Shown here: piece by piece, positions 36,357-46,382 of the stretch
Position numbering within the stretch: the stretch's first letter is position 1
Layout of the letters: the number at the start of each line of letters is the position of its first letter
From: Prevotella sp.
GTDB taxonomy: Bacteria > Bacillota > Clostridia > Christensenellales > UBA1242
Length of the DNA stretch: 64,000 nt
Direction: 5' to 3'
Assembly (NCBI GenBank): GCA_023666145.1
Contig: JAMPCO010000003.1
Coordinates: forward strand, 3,027-67,026
Notes under the pieces: generated by a model
Seen by the model: only the letters and a program-made list of their open reading frames with translations
What the model was told of the DNA's origin: nothing
The model's database searches: none
Position numbers and translations under genes: made by a program

Positions 36357-38996
36357 TTAACTGATTTTACCGCAACATTGTTTGTATTTTTTGCCGCTGC
36401 CACAAGGGCAAGGGTCGTTGCGACCCACCTTTTTCAAATTGACATTGGTTGGCATCACCGTGCGTGGGGTGGGTGTGGGGGGCGTTTGGCGTTCAATGCG
36501 GACTTTGAACAGAAACAGGGCGGTCTCGTTGTTAATGGCTTCAATCATTTGGTTGAACATCCCAATTGCTTCACGGCGGTATTCCACCAGGGGGTCTTTG
36601 CCACCGTAACCACGTAAACCGATGCCGTTGCGCAAATTGACCATCGCGTCAATGTGGTCAACCCATTTTTTGTCTACGACCGAAAGCAGCACATCACGTT
36701 CGAATGCATCGAAATTAAAACCATCGGCTTTCAATTTTTCAATCTTGGCTGCGTATTGTTCGTTGACCGCGTCCAAAACCATTTCGTAAACGTCATTGAA
36801 ACTGGCTTTGTCCGTGTTGGCTTGGTCAAGGTAGGCGGTTTTGGTACCGAACAATTGATCAGACAAAATTTGGTTGGCTTTCTCCAAATCCCATTCGGTG
36901 TAATGACGCATCGGGTCAATTGCTTGGCTGACGACCCCATAAACCAAATCGGGGAAACATTTCACAATTTGCTCGTGGACGTTTTCGCCGTCCAAAATTT
37001 TATCGCGTTCCCGATAAATCGTGGTGCGTTGGTCGTTCAAAACATTATCGTATTCAAAGGTCACGCGGCGGCTGTCAAAGTAATAACCTTCCACCCGTTT
37101 TTGCACCCGTTCGAACAGTTTGGTAATCATTTTACTTTGCACATCGTCCAAATTCAGGAAACGCATGGTGCCACCAATCACATCTTTCCCAAAGCGTTTC
37201 ATGATTTCATCGTCACACGAAATGTAAAAAATCGAACTGCCAGGGTCGCCTTGTCGTCCCGCACGACCACGTAACTGGTTATCGATGCGGCGGCTGTCAT
37301 GGCGTTCGGTGCCGATGATATGCAAACCACCGAGCGCGACCACTTTTTCGCGTTCAGCGTCGGTCTCTTGTTTGAACTGGGCTAAATAATCTTTGAATAA
37401 TTGGCGGTGCGCCAAAATTTTTTCGTCGTTCGTTTCGAAGTAGGCGGTCGCGTCGTAAATTTCTTGTTCGGTCAAACCGTCTTTTTTCAGTTGGGTGGTG
37501 GCCATGTGTTCGGGGTTGCCGCCTAAATGGATATCCGTACCACGGCCAGCCATGTTGGTCGCAATCGTCACGCTGCCTAAACGTCCCGCACCCGCCACGA
37601 TGTCGGCTTCTTTTTCGTGGTTTTTCGCGTTCAAAACCACGTGTGGAATTTTTTTTGTTTTCAGAAATTTGGCTATCTCTTCACTGTGTTCAATGGTGGT
37701 CGTTCCAATTAAGACGGGTTGTTGACGCTCATAGCGGTAGAGCACGTCTTCGTAAATCGCACCCAATTTGTTTTCCATATTTTGGAAAATTACGTCGGGG
37801 GCATCTTCCCGAGCGATGGGGCGGTTGGTGGGAATTGCTACGACGTCCACCCCGTAGATTTTTTTGAATTCGTCTTCTTCGGTTTTGGCGGTACCTGTCA
37901 TCCCCGACAATTTGCGGTAAAGTTTGAACAAATTTTGAATCGTAATCGTGGCGACCGTTTTGTCTTCGTTTTTAATCGGTACACCTTCTTTGGCTTCGAT
38001 GGCTTGGTGCAAACCGTCACTGTAACGGCGACCCACCATCGCGCGTCCCGTGTTTTGGTCAATGATGATGATTTCTTTTTTGGCGTTGATAATGTAATCG
38101 GTATTTAAGGCAAACAAGTGGTGTGCCTTCATCGCATTATTGATGAAGTGGTTCAATTCCATGTTTTCCGCATCACTGATGTTTTCAATGTTGAACGCCC
38201 GTTCGGCTTTGGTAAAGCCCGATTCGGTCAAACGCACCGCGCGTTCTTTCAAATCAATTTCGTAATCATCTTGGTTTAAGGTGCGGGTGAATTTGTCCGC
38301 CACTTTGTACAATTCGCTGTTGTCTTTGGTCGGCGCCGACATAATTAACGGTGTACGGCTTTCGTCGATTAAAATACTGTCGATTTCATCAATGATGGCG
38401 AAGTTCATGCCGCGCAAAACACGGTTCTCTTTTTTGTGGGCGACGTTATCACGTAAGTAATCAAAACCGACTTCGCTGCTGGTAACATAAGTGATGTCTT
38501 GTTGGTACGCAAATTGCTTTTTATCAGGAGTATCGTGCGACAAACTTAAACCCACGGTTAAACCCAAGAAGCGGTGGACTTTACCCATCCATTCGCTGTT
38601 ACGTTTGGCCAAATATTCGTTAACTTCAACAATATGCACGCCTTTGCCCGTTAAGGCGTTCAAATAGGCGGGCATGGTCGAAACCAAAGTTTTCCCTTCG
38701 CCCGTTTTCATTTCGGCAATGCGCCCTTGGTGCAAAGCAATCCCACCCAAGATTTGGACATAATAGGCTTTTTGACCCAACACACGGTAAGCGGCTTCCC
38801 GCACGGTGGCAAAGGCTTCGGGCAAAATGTCATCTAAAGTTTCCCCTTGTGCCAAACGTTGTTTAAACTCAGCGGTTTTGGCCACCAAAGCATGGTCGTC
38901 CAGTGCGACATAATCGTCTTCCAAAGCCACGACTAAATCGGCAATACGTTGTAATTTGCGGACTGCACGCGTATTATCACTTGCAAATAAACCCAT
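36357..38996 (-). CDS. secA: Preprotein translocase ATPase SecA
   Basis: 879 aa. Motifs: MKTGEGKTL, DEIDSILIDESRTPLI, the full-length SecA pattern, and the C-terminal zinc motif CPCGSGKKYKQCCG. Confidence 0.98.
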   Translation of the reverse strand: MGLFASDNTRAVRKLQRIADLVVALEDDYVALDDHALVAKTAEFKQRLAQGETLDDILPEAFATVREAAYRVLGQKAYYVQILGGIALHQGRIAEMKTGEGKTLVSTMPAYLNALTGKGVHIVEVNEYLAKRNSEWMGKVHRFLGLTVGLSLSHDTPDKKQFAYQQDITYVTSSEVGFDYLRDNVAHKKENRVLRGMNFAIIDEIDSILIDESRTPLIMSAPTKDNSELYKVADKFTRTLNQDDYEIDLKERAVRLTESGFTKAERAFNIENISDAENMELNHFINNAMKAHHLFALNTDYIINAKKEIIIIDQNTGRAMVGRRYSDGLHQAIEAKEGVPIKNEDKTVATITIQNLFKLYRKLSGMTGTAKTEEDEFKKIYGVDVVAIPTNRPIAREDAPDVIFQNMENKLGAIYEDVLYRYERQQPVLIGTTTIEHSEEIAKFLKTKKIPHVVLNAKNHEKEADIVAGAGRLGSVTIATNMAGRGTDIHLGGNPEHMATTQLKKDGLTEQEIYDATAYFETNDEKILAHRQLFKDYLAQFKQETDAEREKVVALGGLHIIGTERHDSRRIDNQLRGRAGRQGDPGSSIFYISCDDEIMKRFGKDVIGGTMRFLNLDDVQSKMITKLFERVQKRVEGYYFDSRRVTFEYDNVLNDQRTTIYRERDKILDGENVHEQIVKCFPDLVYGVVSQAIDPMRHYTEWDLEKANQILSDQLFGTKTAYLDQANTDKASFNDVYEMVLDAVNEQYAAKIEKLKADGFNFDAFERDVLLSVVDKKWVDHIDAMVNLRNGIGLRGYGGKDPLVEYRREAIGMFNQMIEAINNETALFLFKVRIERQTPPTPTPRTVMPTNVNLKKVGRNDPCPCGSGKKYKQCCGKIS

Positions 38997-39002
38997 ACCC
39001 CC

Positions 39003-39031
39003 ATTATATACAAGATTTTATGACACCACAA
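39003..39031 (-). promoter_or_regulatory. Candidate secA promoter (leaderless-type)
   Basis: Minus strand: TTGTGG (weak -35, 39031-39026), 17 nt spacer, TATAAT (39008-39003), 6 nt (gggggt), then ATG (38996). Confidence 0.4.
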
Positions 39032-39070
39032 TCACAATCTTTGCGTTCATGTGCGGTGCGTGGAGAACAA

Positions 39071-39135
39071 TTTGACAACGTTTGCGGAAATGCGACATGA
39101 ATTGACAGCGCAAAAGTTTGGGTTTTTGTCATAAT
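39071..39135 (+). promoter_or_regulatory. spoIIE promoter region: TTGACA and extended -10 separated by 22 bp, with 0A-box-like repeats
   Basis: TTGACA (39102-39107), 22 nt, TGtCATAAT (39127-39135), 6 nt, then ATG (39142). TTTGACA (39071-77) and TGCGACA (39091-97) each match the reverse Spo0A box TTCGACA at 6 of 7 positions. ATTGACA (39101-07) matches at 5 of 7. Confidence 0.45.
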
Positions 39136-39141
39136 TTTGCG

Positions 39142-41427
39142 ATGAAAAAATTTCTGCTGACGTCTTTGGCGGTGGCGATGGTGATTGTGCTCGATTATGC
39201 TGCGGTGGCCAATGTGATTCGTCCGTTTGCTTTTGCGTTTATGTTTGTGTTGGCGGTGACCCCTGTTGTGAAAGTGGTGCCCGTGATTGCTTTAATTTTA
39301 ATTGAATTGTGGCGTTGTTCGGAACAACTGAATATGCTCAGTGTGTTATTCGGTTGCGGGATTTTTTTGCTGACGGCGTTGGTGATTCGTTTGATTAAAG
39401 GCAAAAAACGTTGGTACTTTCCCGTCTTATTGGCGGGTTTTGTGGTTTCGCAGGGCTTCAACGTGTACGTTGCGGTCGTACAACATACGCTGTTTGCCCA
39501 AACCATGATTGGCGTTTTGGTCGGCGGTATCTTTTTGCTGGCGTGTTATGTGACCGTGAAAGCAGTGGCGCAAAAAAAGTTCACTTTCCCGTGGACGATC
39601 GACCAGATCGTCAGTTTACTGTGCGTCGTGGTGGTGGCGGCGTTAGGACTGTGTGGCTTTGCGAATCCGTATTTTGATGTTTACCAATTTTGCAGTTTGT
39701 TCATCATTTTGTGGGGTGTTTATTATGTCAACCCCAAATCAACCGTGCTGTTGGCGGCGGCGTTAGGGTTAGGTAAAGCCTTCGCCACCACCAATTTGGT
39801 GTACGTCGCGATATTGGTGTTGTTAGCCATGGTGTGCATGGTGTTCAAAAGTAAACAACGCATTTACAGTATTGTCGCGTTGTTTTTCGGCGATTGGGTG
39901 ATTGGTTTGTATTTTAACGGGTACGGCGCTTACGATTGGTGGAGTGTGTTGCCCATGGTCGCGTCGGTTGCGTTGTTTTTGTGCGTACCACGGGCGACCG
40001 TACGTTACTTTACGTTCGGCGCCGACGGTTTAGGTGGGTTCTTGGTTTCCAAAAACACGATTAACCGTAATACGGCGGGGATATCCACGCGGATGCGTTC
40101 TTTGGCCGCCGTCTTTAACGAAATGCAAAATACCTACCGCAATTTGACCCGTGCGTCCTTACCACCCCAACAAACCGCAGTTTTATTGTGTACCGAAATT
40201 ACCGGGGCGGTTTGTGAAGGCTGTCCGCACCGTGGCACTTGTCGGAAAACCACGACCGCCAGTCAGGAGATAGAAACAGGCATCACGACTTTGGCGAAAG
40301 TGGGTTTGAAACACGGCCACGTAACTTTGTTGGATGTGCCCAATACGTTATCGGTGAAATGCACCCGCATCAACACCTTAATGTCAACCATGAATAAATT
40401 ATTGGCGGTTAATCAAAATAAGGAACAAATAATTGCGGGGTTGGACAGTGGTAAAATTTTGATGGCCAATTTGTTGGCTGGCATTTCCCAATTATGCAGT
40501 AAATTTGCTAATGACGTTTGTCGCAGTGTGGTTTTCGACAATGAACGCGGCGAAATGGTGAAAGAAGAATTATTGTTCCGTAATATTTTCGCGGAAGACT
40601 GTTTGATTACCAAGACCACCCAAAATGAATACGTAGTCTCCGTGTTGGTACCACGTGGTGATGCTAAAAACCAACGCATTGAAAAAGTCGTCAGCCATGT
40701 TTGTGGTCACAAAATGATTGTGGACGAAGTGGTGGATGCGGACACCAAGGGCTATGCAATTGTGTCTGTGCGTTCCGCACCGAAGTATGCCGTGTTGTTT
40801 GGGATGGCAGGTGTCACCAAAGGGGTCAACCAAACCAGCGGTGACAATTTTTCGTTCTTGCGCGTCACGAACGAAAAAACGTTGATGGCTTTGTGTGACG
40901 GTATGGGGGCTGGCGAACGTGCCGCGCGTGCCAGCACTTTGGCGTTATCCTTGGTCGAAAATTTTTACAAAGCCGGTTTCCCTGACGAGATTATTATGTA
41001 CTCGGTCAACCAATTGCTGACCTTTACGGGGCAAGATGTGTTTTCGGCGTTGGATATGTGTGTGTTCGATTTGGCTACGGGCGACACTGATTTTATTAAA
41101 GTGGGGGCGCCCGACGGATTTATCAAACGCGCACGCGAAGTCGAAGTGGTGGAAGCCGGGTCGTTGCCGTTGGGCATTTTGGATGACATTGAACCCAAAA
41201 TTACCAAGGCCGTTTTGACGGCGGGCGATATGGTGGTTTTGGTGAGTGATGGCATCTTGGACGTTTTTGGCGGTGAACGGGTGGCTTTGGCGGGTTTTAT
41301 CAATAACTTGGATGTCACCAACCCGCAACAGTTAGCCGACCAATTGGTAGCGGAGGTAACCACTTTGGCCGAGGGTTATCCTGCCGATGATTGTACGGTG
41401 ACGGTAGCGCAATTGGTAAAAATGTAA
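39142..41427 (+). CDS. spoIIE: Stage II sporulation protein E (membrane PP2C phosphatase)
   Basis: About 10 N-terminal TM helices, a central region with CEGCPHRGTC, and a C-terminal PP2C domain (GDNFSFL...ALCDGMGAGERAA...VLVSDGILD). Confidence 0.93.
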   Translation: MKKFLLTSLAVAMVIVLDYAAVANVIRPFAFAFMFVLAVTPVVKVVPVIALILIELWRCSEQLNMLSVLFGCGIFLLTALVIRLIKGKKRWYFPVLLAGFVVSQGFNVYVAVVQHTLFAQTMIGVLVGGIFLLACYVTVKAVAQKKFTFPWTIDQIVSLLCVVVVAALGLCGFANPYFDVYQFCSLFIILWGVYYVNPKSTVLLAAALGLGKAFATTNLVYVAILVLLAMVCMVFKSKQRIYSIVALFFGDWVIGLYFNGYGAYDWWSVLPMVASVALFLCVPRATVRYFTFGADGLGGFLVSKNTINRNTAGISTRMRSLAAVFNEMQNTYRNLTRASLPPQQTAVLLCTEITGAVCEGCPHRGTCRKTTTASQEIETGITTLAKVGLKHGHVTLLDVPNTLSVKCTRINTLMSTMNKLLAVNQNKEQIIAGLDSGKILMANLLAGISQLCSKFANDVCRSVVFDNERGEMVKEELLFRNIFAEDCLITKTTQNEYVVSVLVPRGDAKNQRIEKVVSHVCGHKMIVDEVVDADTKGYAIVSVRSAPKYAVLFGMAGVTKGVNQTSGDNFSFLRVTNEKTLMALCDGMGAGERAARASTLALSLVENFYKAGFPDEIIMYSVNQLLTFTGQDVFSALDMCVFDLATGDTDFIKVGAPDGFIKRAREVEVVEAGSLPLGILDDIEPKITKAVLTAGDMVVLVSDGILDVFGGERVALAGFINNLDVTNPQQLADQLVAEVTTLAEGYPADDCTVTVAQLVKM

Positions 41428-41428
41428 T

Positions 41429-41456
41429 TTGCGGAAAAGTCGGTTAATGCTATATT
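41429..41456 (+). promoter_or_regulatory. sigmaA-type extended -10 promoter of recR (leaderless-type)
   Basis: TTGCGG (41429-41434), 16 nt spacer, TGcTATATT (41448-41456), 5 nt, then ATG (41462). No Shine-Dalgarno. Confidence 0.6.
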
Positions 41457-41461
41457 AAGGT

Positions 41462-42055
41462 ATGCAGAACTTGTCGTGCATCGACGCGTTAATTAACTGT
41501 TTCACCAAGTTACCAGGCGTGGGGTACAAAACGGCCGAACGCTACGCGTACCGTGTGATTGAAATGTCGCGCGAAGATGCTGACCAATTCAGTGCAGCGC
41601 TGACCGCGGTCAAACGCCAAGTTAAATTTTGTCAGGTGTGTGGTAACTTTGCGGTGGAGGAACTTTGCGATATTTGTGCCAAACGCCACAGCGATACGGT
41701 TTGCGTGGTGGCCCACCCGAAAGACATCACAGTGATTGAACGTTGTCACGCGTTTAACGGAACTTATCATGTATTGCACGGGGTGTTATCGCCTTTGAAC
41801 AAAAAAGGTCCCGAACAATTAAACTTGAAATCTTTGATGACGCGGTTGCAGGGTGGCGCAATTAAAGAAGTGATTATCGCGCTGTCGGCCGACGTGGAAG
41901 GGGAAGCCACGGCCAATTATTTGGCGGCGTTAATTAAACCGAGCGGAATCAAAGTTTCCCGTTTAGCCACAGGCATCGCCATGGGTGTGGCGTTAGAATA
42001 TGCGGACGAAATGACCATTAGTATGGCTTTGCGCAACCGTACCGAGGTCAAGTAA
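41462..42055 (+). CDS. recR: Recombination protein RecR
   Basis: 197 aa. Motifs: LINCFTKLPGVGYKTAERYAY (HhH), zinc finger CQVCGNF..CDIC, and the Toprim domain. Confidence 0.96.
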   Translation: MQNLSCIDALINCFTKLPGVGYKTAERYAYRVIEMSREDADQFSAALTAVKRQVKFCQVCGNFAVEELCDICAKRHSDTVCVVAHPKDITVIERCHAFNGTYHVLHGVLSPLNKKGPEQLNLKSLMTRLQGGAIKEVIIALSADVEGEATANYLAALIKPSGIKVSRLATGIAMGVALEYADEMTISMALRNRTEVK

Positions 42056-42058
42056 GTG

Positions 42059-43144
42059 ATGGTCATTGAGTCAAAATTTGTACCCCAGTTATACGCGTAT
42101 GAAGACGAAGAAGCCAAACGCATCTTACGCAATTTGAAAAAAGTGGCAATCAAAAACGAATATCAATTGGTGGATTTGGGCGTGCGTGAATACGTTAGCG
42201 TCGCGAAACTCGACCAAAAAGCGTTCCGTTACATTGAAAAAAATGGCAAGTTATATTTACGGGAAAGTGTGCTTTCGGTGGGTGGCTTGGTGCAGGATAG
42301 TGTGTTAATTAACTTGGGCGATTTTACGTTGGGGGACGACGAAACGGGGGCAGAGTTAGAATACTTGGTGCGGGTCAAAGACGCCAAAGCCAAGCAGCGC
42401 GCGCGCCAATTACAAGAATGTGAACGCATTGCACAGGCGACCTTACAAAAAATCCAAAAGCAAGTCAAGAACGCGGAATTGTTGCAAAAATGGCAAGACG
42501 AATTGCAGGAATCTAAACGGTTTGTGCGCTTGGGAAAAGCCGATTACTATCAATCGCAGGTCGCGATTATTGCGAAGTTCGCCCAGCAAGATGAAACTCT
42601 GGCCAAGTTAATCGTGGAATACAACCAGAAAATGAACACGAAAAATGAGAAATGGCTGACCCAACCTTTGAAATTACCAACGGTGAAAAACGCGGCGGAA
42701 CGCATTGGTACCGCACCGCGTTCCGCCGATATTGGGGAACTGGACCCTGCCAAGCGTGCCGCGTTTGAACAATATTATGCGGCGCGGGCACCGCAGATGT
42801 CTCCGTACTTGAACCCTGCTCAGGATGTTGCGCAGGAATTACCACCCGCACCGACCATTATTGATGACAAACAACAAGCGGTACAATCAACTAACACCGC
42901 CGCGGTTGCAACGGCAACCACCACGCAAAAAGCCAAAAACGTGCGTGTCACGACGGGTGTCAACCAATTAAAACAGGCGTTCCAAACTACGGCAAACCAT
43001 GCGCAGTCCACGGTTACGACCAACAACGCCAGGGCAACCCACAAAGTCGCAACCTTGTTACAACCTGCCGAACGAAAAACGGTGACCAAACCAACAGCCG
43101 AAAATGCGCAGGTGTTTGACAACGGTAACGAAGTGTCGCGCTAA
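42059..43144 (+). CDS. Hypothetical protein: structured N-terminal domain, coiled coil, and long Thr/Ala/Gln-rich disordered tail
   Basis: 361 aa. It starts 4 nt after the recR stop (GTG at 42056 or ATG at 42059). I recognised no family. Confidence 0.65.
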   Translation: MVIESKFVPQLYAYEDEEAKRILRNLKKVAIKNEYQLVDLGVREYVSVAKLDQKAFRYIEKNGKLYLRESVLSVGGLVQDSVLINLGDFTLGDDETGAELEYLVRVKDAKAKQRARQLQECERIAQATLQKIQKQVKNAELLQKWQDELQESKRFVRLGKADYYQSQVAIIAKFAQQDETLAKLIVEYNQKMNTKNEKWLTQPLKLPTVKNAAERIGTAPRSADIGELDPAKRAAFEQYYAARAPQMSPYLNPAQDVAQELPPAPTIIDDKQQAVQSTNTAAVATATTTQKAKNVRVTTGVNQLKQAFQTTANHAQSTVTTNNARATHKVATLLQPAERKTVTKPTAENAQVFDNGNEVSR

Positions 43145-43148
43145 ACTG

Positions 43149-44312
43149 ATGAAACTGTGTAATTTTCGTCCGCTGTGTTGGTTAGCGCTGATCGTGATTT
43201 TGGCAATCGGGAGTGCCATGTTGTCCGCATGGGTGGCAGTTGTGGTGGGTTTTCTCGTGTTTGGTGTTTTGTTGTGGTCACGGTTACCGCGTCAATTCAA
43301 AATTGTGGCCATAGTCGTGTATGCCGCGGCAGTGATTAGTTACGCCTTAACGACCATTTTGGTCGCTAATCCGTATTACCGTACCTATGACCCCGAGGCG
43401 GGGTTGCGTGGGATTGTTTTACGTTATGTCCGTCGGTATTTGCCCATGTTTTTATCACAAGACAATGCCGATTTATTGTACGCGATGATGTTCGGCGACA
43501 AAAGTGTGCTAACGTGGGGCTTGCGTCAAGATTTCAGTGCGTCTGGTCTAGCCCATATGTTAGCCGTTTCGGGTTTGCACGTGACGTTGTTGGCGGGCGT
43601 TGTCGGAACTTTGTTACGATGGTGTCGGGTACCACGGCGCGCTCATTTGTGGGTGATGACACCAATTCTCATTTTTTACGCGTATTTATGCGGTTGGCAG
43701 TACGCCATTATGCGGGCGGTCATCATGTGTTTGGTTTATGCCATTGCTAAAAATCATTTGCACGTCGCCGACCCATTATCGGTTTTATCTTTGGCGGCGG
43801 TCATCATTTTAATGCTTTTCCCGTATGCACTGGTGTCGGTTTCGTTTTTGTTATCTTTTTCTTGTGTGCTGGGAATCAATCTGTGGTATCAATGCGTGTT
43901 ACGGGTGACTACGTCCAAATTGGTCGCGCTGTATGTCGCGGTCACATTGGGGAGTTTCCCGTTCCTGGTTTATTTCTTCGGATCAGTACCCGTATTGGGC
44001 ATTGTGGCCAATGTGATACTGGTCCCGTTGTTGGTCGCCTCATTTTATTTGGGGATGTTTGCGGTGAGTACGTTTGCGTGTGGGGCCGTTTTGTGGTTAG
44101 CGGAACCGATGCTCAATTTTGTCCGTTGGGTGACCAATGCCATGGGACAATTATCTTGGGCGACCTTGACGGTCAGTCACAATTTTGTGGCGATCCTGAT
44201 TTATTTGTGTGCGTCGCTTGTGTTATCGCGGTTTGTCTTTTTGCGACCCAAAATCAAATATCCGTTGGTGGCGGTTTTGTTTGGTTGTTATTTGTTATTA
44301 CTTGTGGTTTAA
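43149..44312 (+). CDS. comEC: ComEC/Rec2 competence-channel core domain only (no metallo-beta-lactamase domain)
   Basis: 387 aa, polytopic. It has the Competence-domain signature region (FSASGLAHMLAVSGLHVTLLAG...). holA follows immediately, as in Bacillus. Confidence 0.82.
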   Translation: MKLCNFRPLCWLALIVILAIGSAMLSAWVAVVVGFLVFGVLLWSRLPRQFKIVAIVVYAAAVISYALTTILVANPYYRTYDPEAGLRGIVLRYVRRYLPMFLSQDNADLLYAMMFGDKSVLTWGLRQDFSASGLAHMLAVSGLHVTLLAGVVGTLLRWCRVPRRAHLWVMTPILIFYAYLCGWQYAIMRAVIMCLVYAIAKNHLHVADPLSVLSLAAVIILMLFPYALVSVSFLLSFSCVLGINLWYQCVLRVTTSKLVALYVAVTLGSFPFLVYFFGSVPVLGIVANVILVPLLVASFYLGMFAVSTFACGAVLWLAEPMLNFVRWVTNAMGQLSWATLTVSHNFVAILIYLCASLVLSRFVFLRPKIKYPLVAVLFGCYLLLLVV

Positions 44313-44319
44313 TGGGGTA

Positions 44320-45237
44320 GTGGACTTTGCACAGTTAAAATCCAGTTTGAAAAGCCAAATTGAATCCGCGTACTTGTTATATGGGACGGATTATTTTTTG
44401 ATTCATAAGGCGGTCAGTTTAATTCAAGCGGCATTGCCATCCGCCGAAATGACCAAATTTGCTGACGATGTGACGGGCGAAACGATTACGACCGCTTTGG
44501 CGACGACTTCGTTTTTTACCAACGCCCGTTTGGTGGTGGCAACGTTAGGGGAAAAAACCGCGCTAAGTGCCATCAACCAATACCTCAAAAATCCAGTGGC
44601 GGGCAATGTATTGGTGCTAATCAGTTACCGTGAAAAACCCGAAGCCAATTTGAAAGGTGCTACCGTGGTGAATTGTAACCCCATGCCCGCCACAATTTTG
44701 ATACCGCTGATTGCCCGGCAAATTGCGCCGCACCAAATTACCCGTGACGCGGCCACTTATTTGGTGGAAGCCACGGGTGGTTATTACACTTTGATTGACA
44801 ACGAATTGACCAAATTTTTGGCCTACTATGCCGATGTCCCCGTCTGGGATACCAAACATTTACAACCGTATTTGACCAAGACTTTGGATTACCAAATTTA
44901 CGAATTGGGGGCAGCCATTTTGGCACACCAAGTGACCGCCGCCGCCAACATTTTCGCGTGGCTGCTCGGCAGTAACACCAACGAATATTTAATTTTTGGT
45001 GGGGTAGTCGCCCAAATGCGCCGTGCTTATTACGCGACCGCCAGTCACGAAGATATCAACGTCTTGGGCAAAAGATTGGGTTGTTCCCCGTACGCCATTA
45101 AATACAGCCGCCGCGATTACGGTGCGAACCCTTCCGTGGTTAAGGACTGTTATGCCCGCAGTTTGGAATTAGAGTACCAAATTAAAGCGGGGCAGACGAC
45201 GGTGACGGCGGCTTTGGACGCCTTAATATATCGTTAG
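44320..45237 (+). CDS. holA: DNA polymerase III delta subunit
   Basis: YLLYGTDYFLIHKAV and overall delta-subunit length. The synteny is after comEC. The start is uncertain (GTG at 44320 or TTG at 44302), and there is no ATG in the 5' region. Confidence 0.8.
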   Translation: MDFAQLKSSLKSQIESAYLLYGTDYFLIHKAVSLIQAALPSAEMTKFADDVTGETITTALATTSFFTNARLVVATLGEKTALSAINQYLKNPVAGNVLVLISYREKPEANLKGATVVNCNPMPATILIPLIARQIAPHQITRDAATYLVEATGGYYTLIDNELTKFLAYYADVPVWDTKHLQPYLTKTLDYQIYELGAAILAHQVTAAANIFAWLLGSNTNEYLIFGGVVAQMRRAYYATASHEDINVLGKRLGCSPYAIKYSRRDYGANPSVVKDCYARSLELEYQIKAGQTTVTAALDALIYR

Positions 45238-46372
45238 GTCGTAATGGGTAAGGGCAACCCACGATTGTGACCATGGTTGCGGGTTGGTTTTGGACATCAC
45301 CCGTCCAAACAAAAGTTTGGTTATCCGTATCGTCATGGGGCGAAAGAATTTCCAACGTGTCACCAGGTTGGACTTTGTTTTTTAGCAGCATCGTGGTGGG
45401 AGTGGTAACCAAACCGATAAAATCATAGGTTTGTTCTTCACGGGCGGCGGGGTAATATTCGGTGGGTTCTTTTTCAAAAGTGAAACCCAACGTGTAGGGT
45501 CGGTGCGAAATTTTGTCCAATTCGTGCAGGTAGTCGCGTTGGACGCCGTCCAAGGCTTGACGGTAAGCGTGGGTCACCCCCGCCACGTAGTAGGCACTTT
45601 TAACGCGGCCTTCAATTTTGATACTGGTTACGCCCGCTGCGACCAATTCGTCCAAATGGTTAATCAGACACAAATCACGGCTGTTCAAAATGTAGGTGCC
45701 GTGTGCATCTTCTTCGATTGGCCAAAATTGGTCGGGGCGTTTGGCTTCCTGCAAGGCGTAATTGTAACGACACGCATGGGCGCAATCGCCACGGTTGCTG
45801 GCGCGGTTGGTCATGTAATTGGAAAGCAGACAGCGTCCGCTGTACGAAACGCACATGGCACCGTGTACGAAAACTTCAATTTCGGCTTGACCGCGCACTG
45901 CTTGGCAAATGGCTTTAATTTCGGCAAGGTTTAATTCGCGCGCCAAAACCAGTCGTTTGGCACCCAAACGGACGTATGCCAAAGCGGCGGATTGGTTGGT
46001 AATGTTGGCTTGGGTGGAAACATGGATGGGAATTTGGGTTTGATCACGGAAGATTTGCATCACGCCCAAGTCCGCAACAATCACGCCGTCGACCCGTAAG
46101 GCATCCAGCCGTTTTGCATAGTCCACCAATGCGGTAAAATCGGCGTTGCGGGCGAAAATGTTGACCGTAACGTAGACTTTTTTGTGGCGACGGTGGGCGA
46201 TTTCCACGATTTGGCGCATTTCCTGGTCGGTAAAATTAATCGCACGGGCGCGCAGACTGAAATCTTTACCGCCCAAATAAATCGCGTCGGCGCCATAATC
46301 CATGGCAATCACGGCACGGGCTAAATCACCAGCCGGGGCTAATAATTCAATTTTGGGTGATGGGTGGTTCAT
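45182..46372 (-). CDS. Peptidase U32 family protein
   Basis: U32 signature EVFVHGAMCVSYSGRCLLS and N-terminus ELLAPAGDL..AIAMDYGADAIYLGG. The 3' end overlaps the holA 3' end by 56 nt (convergent). Confidence 0.9.
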   Translation of the reverse strand: MNHPSPKIELLAPAGDLARAVIAMDYGADAIYLGGKDFSLRARAINFTDQEMRQIVEIAHRRHKKVYVTVNIFARNADFTALVDYAKRLDALRVDGVIVADLGVMQIFRDQTQIPIHVSTQANITNQSAALAYVRLGAKRLVLARELNLAEIKAICQAVRGQAEIEVFVHGAMCVSYSGRCLLSNYMTNRASNRGDCAHACRYNYALQEAKRPDQFWPIEEDAHGTYILNSRDLCLINHLDELVAAGVTSIKIEGRVKSAYYVAGVTHAYRQALDGVQRDYLHELDKISHRPYTLGFTFEKEPTEYYPAAREEQTYDFIGLVTTPTTMLLKNKVQPGDTLEILSPHDDTDNQTFVWTGDVQNQPATMVTIVGCPYPLRPNDILRRPKPPSPSSAPL

Positions 46373-46382
46373 TTGCTACCAC

